From Heterodontus francisci (taxonomy: Eukaryota), in the NCBI RefSeq assembly GCF_036365525.1, contig NC_090409.1:38636437-38700436 (forward strand): a stretch of 64,000 nt of DNA. The letters are read 5' to 3'. The notes below the pieces were generated by a model. That model saw only the letters and a list, made by a program, of their open reading frames with translations. It did no database searches and was not told the origin of the DNA. Positions 1 to 13,032 of the stretch are shown piece by piece. The position numbers and the translations under genes are program-made. How positions within the stretch are numbered: the first letter of the stretch is position 1; the number at the start of each line of letters is the position of its first letter.

Positions 1-925
1 TCAGACACAAACCCAGATGCAGACCCAGAGCCAGACACAGACCCAGACACGGACCCAGATGCAGACCCAGAGCCAGACACAGACCAAGACACAGACCCAG
101 TGCCAGACACAGACCCAGACATAGACCCTGACACAGACCCTGACACAGACCCTGATACAGACTCCAACTCAAACCCAGACACAGACCCAGACACAGATAG
201 AGACCCAGGCACAGACCCAGAGCTAGAGACAGACACAGACTCAGAGACACAGACACAGAAACAGACTCAGACACAGACCCAGCGCCAGACACAGACCCAG
301 ACATAGACCCTGATACAGACCCTGATACAGACTCCAACTCAAACCCAGACACAGACCCAGACACAGATAGAGACCCAGGCACAGACCCAGAGCTAGAGAC
401 AGACACAGACTCAGAGACACAGACACAGAAACAGACTCAGACACAGACCCAGCGCCAGACACAGACCCAGACATAGACCCGGATACAGACCCTGATACAG
501 ACTCCAACTCAAACCCAGACACAGACCCAGACACAGATAGAGACCCAGGCACAGACCCAGAGCTAGAGACAGACACAGACTCAGAGACACAGACACAGAC
601 CCAGAAACAGACCCAGGCACAGACTCAGACCCAGACCCAGATGCAGACCCAGAGCCAGACACAGACCCAGACACGGACCCAGACACAGATCCAGAGCCAG
701 ACACAGACCCAGACTCAGACCCTGATACAGGCCCTGATACAGACTCCAATTCAAACCCAGACACAGACCCAGACACAGATAGAGACTCAGACACAGACCC
801 AGATACAGACCTAGACATAGACCCAGACGCACAGCGTGACGCAGACACAGACCAAGATACAAACCGAGACACAGACCCAGACACATACCCAGACACAGAA
901 CTAGACTCAGACCCAGATGCAGATA
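1..925. repeat. Degenerate hexamer tandem repeat (CAGACA/CAGACC) with a ~170-bp higher-order period
   Basis: GACACA/GACCCA units throughout; block CCTGATACAGACTCCAACTC recurs at 151, 321 and 491. Confidence 0.9.
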
Positions 926-926
926 G

Positions 927-1280
927 ATGCACACTCACACTTACACAAACACTGACAGATACACTCAACTGACACACACACTCTCACANNNNNNNNNNNN
1001 NNNNNNNNNNNNNNNNNNNNNNNNNNNNNNNNNNNNNNNNNNNNNNNNNNNNNNNNNNNNNNNNNNNNNNNNNNNNNNNNNNNNNNNNNNNNNNNNNNNN
1101 NNNNNNNNNNNNNNNNNNNNNNNACAATCACACACTCACACCCACACACACATAATAACACTCTCACACACACTCACACACTCACACGCACACTCATACT
1201 CACACTCTCACACATACACACTCACAATCACATACACTCGCAGACGCACATTTTTATTCGCAGACTCACACACACTCATG
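927..1280. repeat. (CA)n-rich microsatellite containing an assembly gap (N 989-1123)
   Basis: CA/CACT runs flank the N block. Confidence 0.9.
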
Positions 1281-1334
1281 CACTGCTACCCATTTCTCTA
1301 AGTCTTTATCTCTCTATCTTTCTATCTATCTCGT

Positions 1335-4300
1335 AATCACTGAATCACAGAACTGTTACAGCACAAAAGGAGGCCATTTGGCCCATCGTGTCTGCACTGG
1401 CTCTCCAAAGCAGCAATTCACCAAGTGCCATTCCCCTGCCTTCTCCCCGTAACCCTGCACATTCTTCCTTTTCATATAACTCTCCAATTCCCTTTTGAAT
1501 GCTTCAGTTGAACCTGCCTCCACCACGTTCTCAGGCAGTGCATTCCGGACCTTAACCACTCGCTGCGTGAAAAAGTTTTTCCTCATGTCACTTTTGCTTC
1601 TCTTATCAAATATTTTAAATCTATGCCCCCTTGTTCTCAATCCTTTCACGAGTGGGAACAGTTTCCCCGTATCTACTCTGTCCAGACCTCTCATGATTTT
1701 GAACACCTCGATCAAATCACCTCTCAGCCTTCTCTTCTCCAAGGAAAACAGTCCTAACTTCTCCAATCTATCTTCATAACTGAAATTACTCATCCCTGGA
1801 ACCATTCTCGCGAACCTTTTCCATACTCTCTCCAATGTCCTCACGTCTTTCCTCAAGTGCGGCGCCCAGAACTGGATGCAATACTCCAGCTGAGGATGAA
1901 CTAGTGTCTTATACAAGTTCAACATAACTTCCTCGCTCTTGTACTCTATACCCCTATTAATAAAGCCCAGGATACTGTATGCTTTATTAACTGCTCTCTC
2001 AACCTGTCCTGCCACCTTCAATGACTTATGCACATATACACCCAGGTCACTCTGCTCCTGCACCCCTTTTAGAATTGTATCCTTTGTTATATTGTGTCTC
2101 CATGTTCTTCCTACCAAAATGAATCACTTCACATTTCTCTGCATTGAACTTCATCTGCCACCTGTCTGCCCATTCCACCAACTTGTCTATGTCCTTTTGA
2201 AGGTCTACACTATCCTCCTCACAGTTCACAATGCTTCCAAGTTTCGTATCATCTGCAGACTTTGAAATTGTGCCCTGTACACCAAGGTCTAGGTTATTAA
2301 TATATATCAGGAAAAACAAGGGTCCCAACAATGACCCCTGGGGAACTCCACTACAAACCTTCCTCCAGCCTGAAAAGCCTCCACTAACCACTACTCTCTG
2401 TTTCCTGTCACTCAGACAATTCCGTATCCGTGTTGCTACCATCCCTTTTATTCCATGAGCTACAAATTTGCTCCCGAGTCTGTTGTGTGGCACTGCATCA
2501 AACGCCTTTTGAAAGTCCGTGTACACCACATCAACAGCATTGCCCTCATCACCCCTCTCTGTTACCTCCTCCAAAAACTCCAGAAAGTTAATTAATCTTG
2601 ATATTCCCTTAACGGATCTATGTTGGTTTTCCTTAATGAACCTGCATCTATAGGATCATTGGACAGGACCCAAGTGACTGTTAGTTTTGTCCTCAAATAT
2701 TGTTTCTAGAATTTTCCCCATGACTGAAGTTAAACTGACTGGGCTGTAGTTGCTGGGCTTATCTTTACATACTTTTTTGAACAAGGGTGTAACATTTGTC
2801 ACTCTCCAGTCTTCTGGCACCATCCCTGAGTCTAAGGAAGACTGGAAAATTATGGCCAGTGTCTCCGCAATGTCCATTATCACTTCACTCACTTGGATGT
2901 ATCTCATCCGGTCCTGGTGCCTCAGCAACTTTAATAAAGGCAGCCTATCCAATACCTCCTCCTTATCAATTTTAACCCCTTCAAATGTCTGAATTACCTC
3001 CTCTTTCATCATGATCTTCTTCCATGGTAAAGACAGATGCAAAATATTCATTTAACATCTCTGCCTCCATGCTTTTCGGACCCTAATCGGCTCCACTCCT
3101 CCTTTCACCACCCTTTTACTATTTTTAACTCCAATGGAAGACTTTTGGATTCCCTTTTATGTTAGCTGCCAGTCTCTTTTCTTACACTCTCATTGATTCT
3201 TATTTACTTTTTCACTTGCCATCTGAACCTTGTATATCCAGCCTGGTTCCCTGTTGTATTATCCATCTGACATCTAGAATAAGCACACTTTTTCCTCTTC
3301 ATCTTAATCTCTATCTCTTTTGTCATCTAGGGAGCTCTGGATTTGTTAGTCCTACATTTCCCCTTCGTGGGAATGTGCCTTGACTCTGCCCGAACTATCT
3401 TTTCTTCAAAGGCAGCCCATTTTTCAGTTACCATTTTGCCTGCCAATCTTTTTTCCGATTTATCTGGGCCAGATCCATTCTTACCTCATTAACTTGGTTT
3501 TCCCCCAGTTAATTATTCTTACTCTGGATTTTTTATTTTATTTTAGAGATACAGTACTGAAACAGGCCCTTCAGCCCACCAAGTCTGTGCCGACCATCAA
3601 CCACCCATTTATACTAATCCCACATTAATCCCATATTCCCTACCACATCCCCACCTTCCCTCAATTCTCCTACCACCTACCTACGTGAGGGGCAATTTAT
3701 AATGGCCAATTTACCTATCAACCTGCAAGTCTTTGGCTGTGGGAGGAAACCGGAGCACCCGGTGGAAACCCACGCGGTCACAGGGAGAACTTGCAAACTC
3801 CACACAGGCAGTGTCCAGAACTGAACCCGGGTTGCTGGAGCTGTGAGGCTGCTTGTCCTTTTCCATAGCCAACCTAAACATTATGATACAATGGTCACTG
3901 TCCCCCAAATGTTCCCCTACTGATACTTGATCCACTTGGCCCACCTTATTCCCAAGACCCAGGTCTGGAAGCACCTCCATCTTCATTAGACTGGAAATAT
4001 ACTGTTGTAGAAAATTTTCCTGAACATACTCTAAGAACTCTTGCCCCTCTCTGCTCTTTACACTATTACTATCCCAGTCTATATTCGAATAATTACAGAC
4101 CCCCATTGTAACTACAATATAATTCTTGCACCTCTCTATAATTTTCCTTGCAAATGTGTTCCTCTACATCGTTCCCACTAGTTGTTGGCTTATAAACTAC
4201 ACAGAGCAATGTAATTGCCCCTTTTTGGTTCCTCAGCTCTAGCCAAATATATCCTGTCCTTGACCCCTCTGGGACATCCTCTCTCTCCAGCACTGCAGTG

Positions 4301-4620
4301 TGCTCCTCAATCAATACTGCCACCTCTTCCCCCACTTCCTTTCTTTCCAGGACACCCTGCATCCAGGAATATTTAATGCCCAGTCCTGCCATTCTTTGTG
4401 CCAGGTCTTTGTTATCGCAAGAACATCATATTCCCACATGGCAATCTGTGCCTGTACCTCACCAACCTGATTTACGCATTCACATACACTCACTTAAAGC
4501 TCATTTCAACTTTATTGCTTTCCCCTTTACTCTGAACCCACCTAATACTTGATTATCTCCTACTCTAGTGCAATCTGTCTCTCCTGATTCTCTGTGCACC
4601 TTGGTATTCCTCTCTTGTAT
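1335..4620 (-). mobile_element. CR1 LINE, degenerate ORF2 (endonuclease + RT + C-terminus), interrupted by a SINE
   Basis: ORF fragments 4311-4493 and 3711-4106 (APE), 2656-3051, 2047-2574 (DFQKAFD, GVPQGS, ADDTKL), 1356-2117 (LYKTLVHPQLEYC); short repeat tail near 1335-1355. Confidence 0.92.
3531..3852 (-). mobile_element. V-SINE (HE1-like), 5'-truncated, inserted in the CR1
   Basis: Reverse strand reads GGGTTCAGTTC (B-box-like), then V-domain GTGTGGAGTTTGCAAGTTCTCCC...CCGGGTGCTCCGGTTTCCTCCCACA, a CR1-like 3' end and a (TAAAA)n tail. Confidence 0.8.
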
Positions 4621-4636
4621 TACCTATCTGTTTACC

Positions 4637-5135
4637 CATCTCTCTCTATCTCTCTTTCTATCTATCTCTCTATCTCTGTCTGTATCCAACTATCTCTCTC
4701 TATCTATCTCTCTCTCTCTCTACCTATCTATCTCTATCTATCTATCCCTCTCTGTCTATCTCTCTATCTGTCTATCTCTCTCTCTCTATCTTTATGTCTA
4801 TCTCTCTTTTTGTCTATCTATCTCTCTCTCTATCTATATGTCAATCTCTCTCTCTACCTATCTCTCTCTCTATCTATATGTCTATCTCTCTTTTTTGTTT
4901 ATCTCTCTATCTATCTATCTATCTGTCTCTCTCTATCTATATGTCAATCTCTCTCTCTACCTATCTCTCTCTCTATCTGTCTGTCCATCTATCTATCTAT
5001 CTATCTATCTATCTGTCTCTCTCTATCTATATGTCAATCTCTCTCTCTACCTATCTCTCTCTCTATCAGTCTGTCCATCTATCTATCTATCTATCTCTCT
5101 ATCTATCTGTCTATCTACCGAACTATCTGTCTATC
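4637..5135. repeat. (CT)n/(CTAT)n compound microsatellite
   Basis: Directly visible; the overlapping ORFs are low-complexity artefacts. Confidence 0.95.
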
Positions 5136-5379
5136 TGAGAAGCTGGTGTCTGTCTCCATGTTGCTCAACTCTTTTTGGTGAGTGTCTTTCATGAAAAACC
5201 ACTTACAGAACAGGTTGGAGCCTTCAGCAGTGGGTGTCTGGGCACACAAGTTTCTGTCACGTGACTGAGCCTTCCAGAGTAGGATTGTCACAGTGAAGGT
5301 AAGGCAGAGTCACTGAGCATTTACAACAGTTAATTGCTCCGGTTGTAATTTCTTGGTCCCAGCTGCTTGCCTGTACACA

Positions 5380-7010
5380 TATTCCTTAATTCCCTGAGAA
5401 ACCAAAAATCTGCCAATCTCAGCCATAAATTTACTCAACAACTGAGCATCCACATTCCTCTGCGGTAGAGAATTCCAAAGATTCACAATGCTTTGAGTGA
5501 AGAATTTCTCCTCAATCCCTTATCCTGAGACTGTTCCCCCGTATTCTAGATTCCCCAGCTAGGGGGAGACAGTGTCTCAGTGTCAACCTGACAAACCCCC
5601 TCAGAATCTTGTATGTCTCAATTAGACTGCCTCTCATTCTTCTAAATTCCAGAGAATATGAGCCCAATTTACTCAGCCTCTCATCATAGGACAACCCCCT
5701 CATCCCAGGGAGCAATTTAGTAAATCTTCACTGCACCACCTCCAGTGCAAGTATATCTTTTCTTAAATGTGGAGACCAAAACTGCACACATTATTCCAGG
5801 TGCGGTCTCACCACAGCCCTGTACTATTTTAGTGAGATTTCTTTATTCCTGTACTCCAATCCCCTTTGCAATAAAGGCCAACATGTCATTTTCCTTCCTC
5901 ATAGCCTGCTGCACCTGCATGTTAACTTTGTGCGTTCCTTGTACGAGTTCCCCCCAAGTCTCTCTCTGAACATCAACACTTACCAGTTTCACACCTTTTA
6001 AAAAATATTCTGCTTTTCCATTTTTACGACCAAAGTGAACAACTTCACACTTCCCTACATTATACTCCATTTGACATCTTGTTGCCCATTCACCTAACCT
6101 GTCTATATCTCTTTGCAGCCTCTCTACATCCTCCCTGCAGCTTACCTTTCCATCGAGCTTTGTACCATTCGATACATTACTCTCTGTCTCTTCATCCACA
6201 TAGAGTGTAAACAGCTGAGGCCCCAGCACTGATCCTTGTGGCACCCCACTATTCACTGCCTGCCAACTTGAAAATGCCCCATTTATGCCCACTGTCCGCT
6301 TCCTGTCTGTTAACCAATCCTCTATCCACACTAATATATTACCCCCAACACCATGAGCCCTTATCTTGCCTATTAATCTTTTATGTGGTACCTTATCGAA
6401 TGCCTTTTGAAAATCCAGGTATACGACATCTATTGGTTCCCCTTTATCTACCCTACTAGTTACATCTTCAAAAAAACTCTAATAAATTTGTCAAACAGGA
6501 TCTCCCTTTAGTAAAACTATGCTGACTTGTTCTAATCATACTATGTTTTTCCAAGTGCAATGTAGAGACTTCTTTAACTATAGTTTCCAGCATCTTCCCA
6601 ACGACTGATGTTGGGCTAACTGGCCTGTAGTTCCCTGTTTTCTCTCTCCCTCCTTTCTTGAAAAGCGGTGTAACATTTGCCAACTTGCAATCTGACAGGA
6701 ACATTCCTGAATCTAAGGAATTCTGGAAAATCATAGTCAGCGCATCTACTATCTCTGCAGCTATCTCTTTTAGAACCCGAGGGTGTATGTCATCTGGTCC
6801 TGGGGACTTGTCAGATTTTAGCCCGTCAAGTTTCTCCAATACTTTTTCTCGACTGATATCAATTTCCTGAATTTCCTCACTCTTTTTAGCTCCAAGGTTA
6901 CTGCCTATTTCTGGAATGGAACTTGCATCTTCTACTGTGAAGACAGACACAAAATATTTGTTCAATGCCTCTGCCATTTCCTCATTCCCCATGATGATTT
7001 CTCCTGTCTT
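5380..7010 (-). mobile_element. CR1 LINE fragment (RT and C-terminal region), second subfamily
   Basis: ORFs 6468-7079 (KSPGPD, NYRPVS), 5843-6331 ([10 protein letters not shown]), 5512-5715. Confidence 0.9.
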
Positions 7011-7025
7011 TGTCCTGGCCAGTAA

Positions 7026-8210
7026 CATAGATTTCCAAAAGGCGTTTGATACAATGCTGCACAACAGACTTGTGAGCAAACAGATAGCTCATGGAATAAA
7101 AGGGACGGCAGCAACATGGATATGAAATTGGCTGAGTGACAGGAAACAGAGAGTAGTGGTTATTGGATGTTTTTCAGGCTGGAGGAAGGTTTGTAGTGGA
7201 GTTCCCCAGGGGTCATTGTTGGGACCCTTGTTTTTCCTGATATATATTAATAACCTAGACCTTGGTGTACAGGGCACAATTTCAAAGTCTGCAGATGATA
7301 CGAAACTTGGAAGCATTGTGAACTGTGAGGAGGATAGTGTAGAACTTCAAAAGGATGTAGACAAGTTGGTGGAATGGGCAGACAGGTGGCAGATGAAGTT
7401 CAATGCAGAGAAATGTGAAGTGATTCATTTTGGTAGGAAGAACATAGAGAGGCAATATAGAATAAAGGATACAATTCTAAAGGGGTTGCAGGAGCAGAGG
7501 GACCTGGGTGTATATGTGCATAAGTCATTGAAGGTGGCAGGACAGGTTGAGAGAACGGTTAATAAAGCATACAGTATCCTGGGCTTTATTAATAGGGGTA
7601 TAGAGTACAAGAGCAAGGAAGTTATGTTGAACTTGTATAAGACACTAGTTCGGCCTCAGCTGGAGTATTGTGTCCAGGTCTGGGCGCCGCACTTGAGGAA
7701 AGACGTGAGGACATTGGAGAGAGTACAGAAAAGATTCACGGGAATGGTTCCAGGGATGAGGAATTTCAGTTATGAAGATAGATTGGAGAAGTTAGGACTG
7801 TTTTCCTTGAAGAGAAAGCTGAGAGGTGATTTGATCGAGGTATTCAAAATCATGAGGGGTCTGGACAGAGTAGATAGAGAGAAACTGTTCCCACTGGTGA
7901 AAGGATCGAGAACGAGAGGGCACAGATTTAAAGTATTTGGTAAGAGAAGCAGAAGTGACATGAGGAAAAACTTTTTCACGCAGCGAGTGGTTAAGGTCTG
8001 GAATGCGCTGCCTGGGAACGTGGTGGAGGCAGGTTCAACTGAAGCATTCAGAAGGGAATTAGACAGTTATATGAAAAGGAAGAATGTGCAGGGTTACGGG
8101 GAGAAGACAGGGGAATGGCACTACGTGAATTGCTCTTTTGGAGAGCCGGTGGTGAGACAATGGGCCGAATGGCCTCCTTCTGTGCTGTAACAATTCCGTG
8201 ATTCTGTGAC
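7026..8210 (+). mobile_element. CR1 LINE, 5'-truncated, young copy
   Basis: Open 344-aa ORF 7156-8190 with RT C-terminal half; (ATTCTGTG)-type tail; near-identical to 1335-2520 in opposite orientation. Confidence 0.93.
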
Positions 8211-8373
8211 ATCTCCACCACAGGACAACTGCTACCTAGTCATCTGCCACATATGAGATTACTTCCTCATCCCGTTCTCTTGCCCTCGGTTTATCAAGGG
8301 TCCTGCCATCAGCATCAGCTGCCAATGTACTGGCATTGGCCCCAAACTTGTGGGCAATGTCCACCAAGCTTGT

Positions 8374-9225
8374 GAGCAGTGACCCCTAAACCCACGAGCA
8401 GTGACTCCTAAACCTGAGAGCAGTGATCCCTAAACCCACGAGCAGTGACTCCTAAACCTGAGAGCAGTGATCCCTAAACCCACGAGCAGTGACTCCTAAA
8501 CCTGAGAGCAGTGATCCCTAAACCCACGAGCAGTGACCCCTAAACCCATGAGCAGTGACTCCTAAACCCACGAGCAGTGACTTCTAAGCAGTGACCCCTA
8601 AACCCACAAGCAGTGACCTCTAAACCCACGGGCAGTGACTCCTAAACACACGAGCAGTGACTCCTAAGCAGTGACCCCTAAACCCACGGGTAGTGACCCC
8701 TAAACCCACGAGCAGTGACTCCTAAACACACGAGCAGTGACTCCTAAGCAGTGACCCCTAAACCCACGAGCAGTGACTCCTAAGCAGTGACCCCTAAACC
8801 CACAAGCAGTGACTCCTAAACCCACAAGCAGTGACTCCTAAACCCACGAGCAGTGACTCCTAAACCACAAGCAGTGACTCCTAAACCCACGAGCAGTGAC
8901 TCCTAAACCCACAAGCAGTGACTCCGAAACCCACAAGCAGTGACTCCTAAACACACGAGCAGTGACTCCTAAGCAGTGACCCCTAAACCCACGAGCAGTG
9001 ACTCCTAAGCAGTGACCCCTAAACCCACAAGCAGTGACTCCTAAACCCACAAGCAGTGACTCCTAAACCCACGAGCAGTGACTCCTAAACACACGAGCAG
9101 TGACTCCTAAGCAGTGACCCCTAAACCCACGAGCAGTGACTCCTAAGCAGTGACCCCTAAACCCACAAGCAGTGACTCCTAAACCCACAAGCAGTGACTC
9201 CTAAACCCACGAGCAGTGACCTGTA
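8374..9225. repeat. Minisatellite, ~22-bp unit GAGCAGTGACTCCTAAACCCAC with shorter variants; resumes at 11111-11137
   Basis: Tandem units visible; one more unit lies immediately after the CR1 tail at 11111. Confidence 0.93.
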
Positions 9226-9235
9226 AACTCACGGC

Positions 9236-11110
9236 TGCGAGGTTTGCTAGTGTCACTTCGGAGGGTTTAAACTAGTGTGGCAGGGGGGTGGGAACCAGAG
9301 CAGTAGGACAGCAGGTGAAATAAATGAAGGGGAACGAGTAAATAAGGCTCGTAAAACTAAGAGGAAGAGCAGGCAGGGAGATGTTGCTGAGCACAGCGGG
9401 ACTGGTGGTCTGAAGTGCATTTGTTTCAATGCGAGAAGTATAACAGGTAAGGCAGATGAACTTAGAGCTTGGATTAGTACTTGGAACTATGATGCTGTTG
9501 CTATTACAGAGACTTGGTTGAGGGAAGGACAGGATTGGCAGCCAAATGTTCCGGGATTTAGAAGCTTCAGGCGGGGTAGAGGGGGATGTAAAAGAGGTGG
9601 GGAGTTGCATTACTGGTTAAGGAGAATATCACAGCTGTACTGCGGGAGGACACCTCGGAGGGGTCATGCAGCGAGGCAATATGGATGGAGCTCAGGAATA
9701 GGAAGGGTGCAGTGACGATGTTGGGGGTTTTCTACAGGCCTCCCAACAGCCAGCGGGAGGTAGAGGAGAAGATATGTAGACAGATTTTAGAACGATGTAG
9801 AGGTTGTAGTGGTGGGTGATTTTAACTTCCCCTATATTGACTGGCACTCACTTAGTGCTAGGGGCTTGGATGGGGCAGAATTTGTGAGGAGCATCCAGGA
9901 GGGCTTCTTGAAACAATATGTAGATAGTCCAACTGGGGATGGGGCCGTACTGGACCTGGTATTGGGGAATGAGCCCGGCCAGGTGGTCGAAGTTTCAGTA
10001 GGGGAGCATTTCGGGAACAGTGACCATAATTCCGTAAGTTTTAAGGTACTTATGGATAAGGATAAGAGTAGTCCTCGGGTGAAGGTGCTAAATTGGGGGA
10101 ACGCTAATTATTACAATATTAGGCAGGAACTGAAGAATTTAGATTGGGGGCGGCTGTTTGAGGGTAAATCAACATCTGACATGTGGGAGTCTTTCAAACG
10201 TCAGCTGATTAGAATCCAGGACCAGCATGTTCCTGTGAGGAAGAAGGATAAGTTTGGCAAGTTTCAGGAAGCTTGGATAACGAGGGATATTGTGAGCCTA
10301 GTCAAAAAGAAAAAGGAAGCATTTGTAAGGGCTGGAAGGCTGGGAACAGACGAATCCCTTGAGGAATATAAAGACAGTAGGAAGGAACTTAAGCAAGGAG
10401 TCAGGACGGCTAAAAGGGGTCATGAAAAGTCATTGGAAAACAGGATTAAGGAGAATCCCAAGGCTTTTTATACAAATATAAAGAGCAAGAGGGTAACCAG
10501 GGAAAGGGTTGGCCCACTCAAGGACAGAGAAGGGAATCTATGTGTGGAGCCAGAGGAAATGGGCGAGGTACTAAATGAGTACTTTGCATCAGTATTCACC
10601 AAAGAGAAGGACTTGGTGGATGATGAGTCTAGGAAAGGGAGTGTAGAGAGTCTGGGTCATGTCGTTATCAAAAAGGAGGAGATGTTGGATAAACTCAGAT
10701 TGTTTTCACTGGAACAACGGAGGTGGAGGGGCGACATGATAGAGGTTTACAAAGTTATAAGTGGCATGGACAGAGTGGATAGTCAGAAGCTTTTTCCCAG
10801 GGTGGAAGAGTCAGTTACTAGGGGACAGAGGTTTAAGGTGAGAGGGGCAAAGTTTAGAGGGGATGTGCGAGGCAAGTTCCTTACACAGAGGGTGGTGAGT
10901 GCCTGGAACTTGCTGCCGGGGCAGGTGATGGAAGCAGATACGATAGCGACGTTGAAGAGACATCTTGACAAATACATGAATAGGATGGGAATAGAGGGAT
11001 ATGGACCCCGGAAGTGCAGAAGGTTTTAGTTTCAGCAGGCATCAAGATCGGCGCAGGCTTGGAGGGCCGAATGGCCTGTTCCTGTGCTGTACTGTTCTTT
11101 GTTCTTTGTT
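9236..11110 (+). mobile_element. CR1 LINE with internal deletion of the RT domain
   Basis: APE motifs (NARSI, ITETWL, GDFN, SDHN) run into the C-terminal LFSLEQRR..RGDMIEVYK region at ~10680 with no PQG/ADD motifs; (GTTCTTT)n tail. Confidence 0.9.
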
Positions 11111-11534
11111 CAGTGACCCCTAAACCCACGAGCAGTGCCACCAGAACCTGCAAACATTGCACCCATAACAGAGTAAGAAATTCAGAAACTTCAAGTTCAC
11201 TTTATAAGGATGTTGGACAACGGGTGGGAGATTATGCAAAGGAGTTTAGTGCCAGCACGTTGTCAGCAGTGGGAACATCAATATTTGGTTGGCTCACGAA
11301 CAAAAGCATTTTTCACATTTGGTTCCCATGCTGATACCAGTGGGCAACATTGTTCAGTTTACAATTCCTCAGTCAGGTGCAGTCTTGTCGGAACAGGTTT
11401 AGACCAGGATGGTTTCAACAGGCAAATCTTTTCTGCAGTTTGTGAACAGGAAAGGGGGAGGCTTGACTGGCAGAATCAATCGTCAGGTGAGGTGCACTGG
11501 GCACCAAATGATCACTTGCTTTTGAGTCATTAAG

Positions 11535-12560
11535 TCGGGGGTTCAAGTCCCAGGGACTTGAGGACAAACTCCAAGCTGACACTCCCAGTTCCTGTACTGA
11601 GGGAGTGCGGCACAGTTGGAAGGTCAGTATTGAGGGAGTGCTGCACTGTCAGAGGGTCAGTACTGAGGGAGTGCTGCACTGTCGGAGGGTCAGTACTGAG
11701 GGAGTGCGGCACAGTTGGAAGGTCAGTATTGAGGGAGTGCTGCACTGTCAGAGGGTCAGTACTGAGGGAGTGCTGCACTGTCGGAGGGTCAGTACTGAGG
11801 GAGTGCCGCACTGTCGGAGGGTCGGTACTGAGGGAGTGCCGCACTGTCGGAGGGTCAGTACTGAGGGAGCGCCGCACTGTCAGAGGGTCAGTACTGAGGG
11901 AGTGCCGCACTGTCGAAGGTGCCGTCTTTCAGATGAGACATTAAACCGTGGCCCCCGTCTACCCTCTCAGGTGGGTGTAAAAGATCCCACGGCCACTATT
12001 TGGAAGAAGAGCGGGGGGGGCGTGGGGGGGAGTTCTTCCCGGTATCCCGGGGACAAAATTTATCCCTCAACCAACATCACAAAAAAAAAATGATCTAGGT
12101 CATTATCTCATTGCTGCTTGTGGGATCTTGCTGTGCGCAAACTGGCTGAAGTTCTTCCCCACATTAGCACAGCGACCTAAAGGTCCTGCTACCCGACCCG
12201 AACCCGACAGGACCTGACGACACGTGTCGGCACTTCCAGATCTGGCAGTTGGACTCGGGTTGGACCGGACACGCTCTGTCACAGATAAGTGAATTCAATG
12301 TCAATTTAATGTTTGAACTGGAAAGGTGGTTTCATTACCGTTATGTTAAGCTTGTGCAGATCAGCAACAATGTGAAAAATGGGAGGTAGGTCAACCGATG
12401 GGCGGGTCGCCCGCGGTTCTGTTGGGCTCAGGTCGGGCATTTTGTTTGCCGACCCGAACCGTCCTTTCAAGCGACTACACTTTCGAAAGGTACTTAATTG
12501 ACTGGAAAGTGCTTTAGGGTATCTGGGGGCTGTGACAGGTGCTATATAAATCCAGGTTCT
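11535..12560 (+). mobile_element. Deu-domain SINE (SacSINE1/AmnSINE-like) carrying ~10 internal 33-bp tandem units (11594-11920)
   Basis: GGTTCAAGTCC B-box; units CAGTACTGAGGGAGTGCTGCACTGTCGGAGGGT; body GGTGCCGTCTTTCAGATGAGACATTAAACCG; tail GCTATATAAAT. Confidence 0.8.
12178..12470. mobile_element. Putative non-autonomous DNA transposon (MITE, hAT-like) inserted in the SINE tail
   Basis: ACCCGA/TCGGGT subterminal repeats; AGCGAC duplicated on both sides, splitting the SINE motif ACAGCGACTACAC; relatives at 29248 and 29891. Confidence 0.5.
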
Positions 12561-13032
12561 CCATTACGACAGCCGTATCGTGTCTTTGTGCAGTGACCTC
12601 CATTACCAGAACTTATTTCAGTAAAAGGTCCCAGTCAGCCACATGAGGATATATTCGGGACAGGAGACCTAAAAGCTCGCTCAAAGAGTTCAGTTTTTAA
12701 GGAATGACTTAATGGAGGAGAGAGAGAGGGGCGCAGGAATTTAGGAAGGAATGCGCCATGATTGCTTTGACATCCCTCAGCTCAATGGGAGTCACTGGGG
12801 GGAATTTTTCCCTGTTTTTCACCAAGATCGCTTGTGACTCATAGGTCAGAAGACTGACTCATAAGCCAAAACAAGTAGAGTTGGCTTGCCTTCAGAGAAG
12901 GTGACTGAGAAAACAAGATAAAGGTTTTATTTCTGTTCCAAATGCAAATCATTTACTAATGCCCCAACAATGATGCACTGCTGTTTTTGACCAAATGCAC
13001 GTAATTTGTATTGTGTAACGAACCTCCGTTCA

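Noticed and set aside
1-977. DP/DT- or SV-repeat protein
   Set aside because: Hexamer repeat whose 170-bp higher-order period breaks the frame; no splice or gene context
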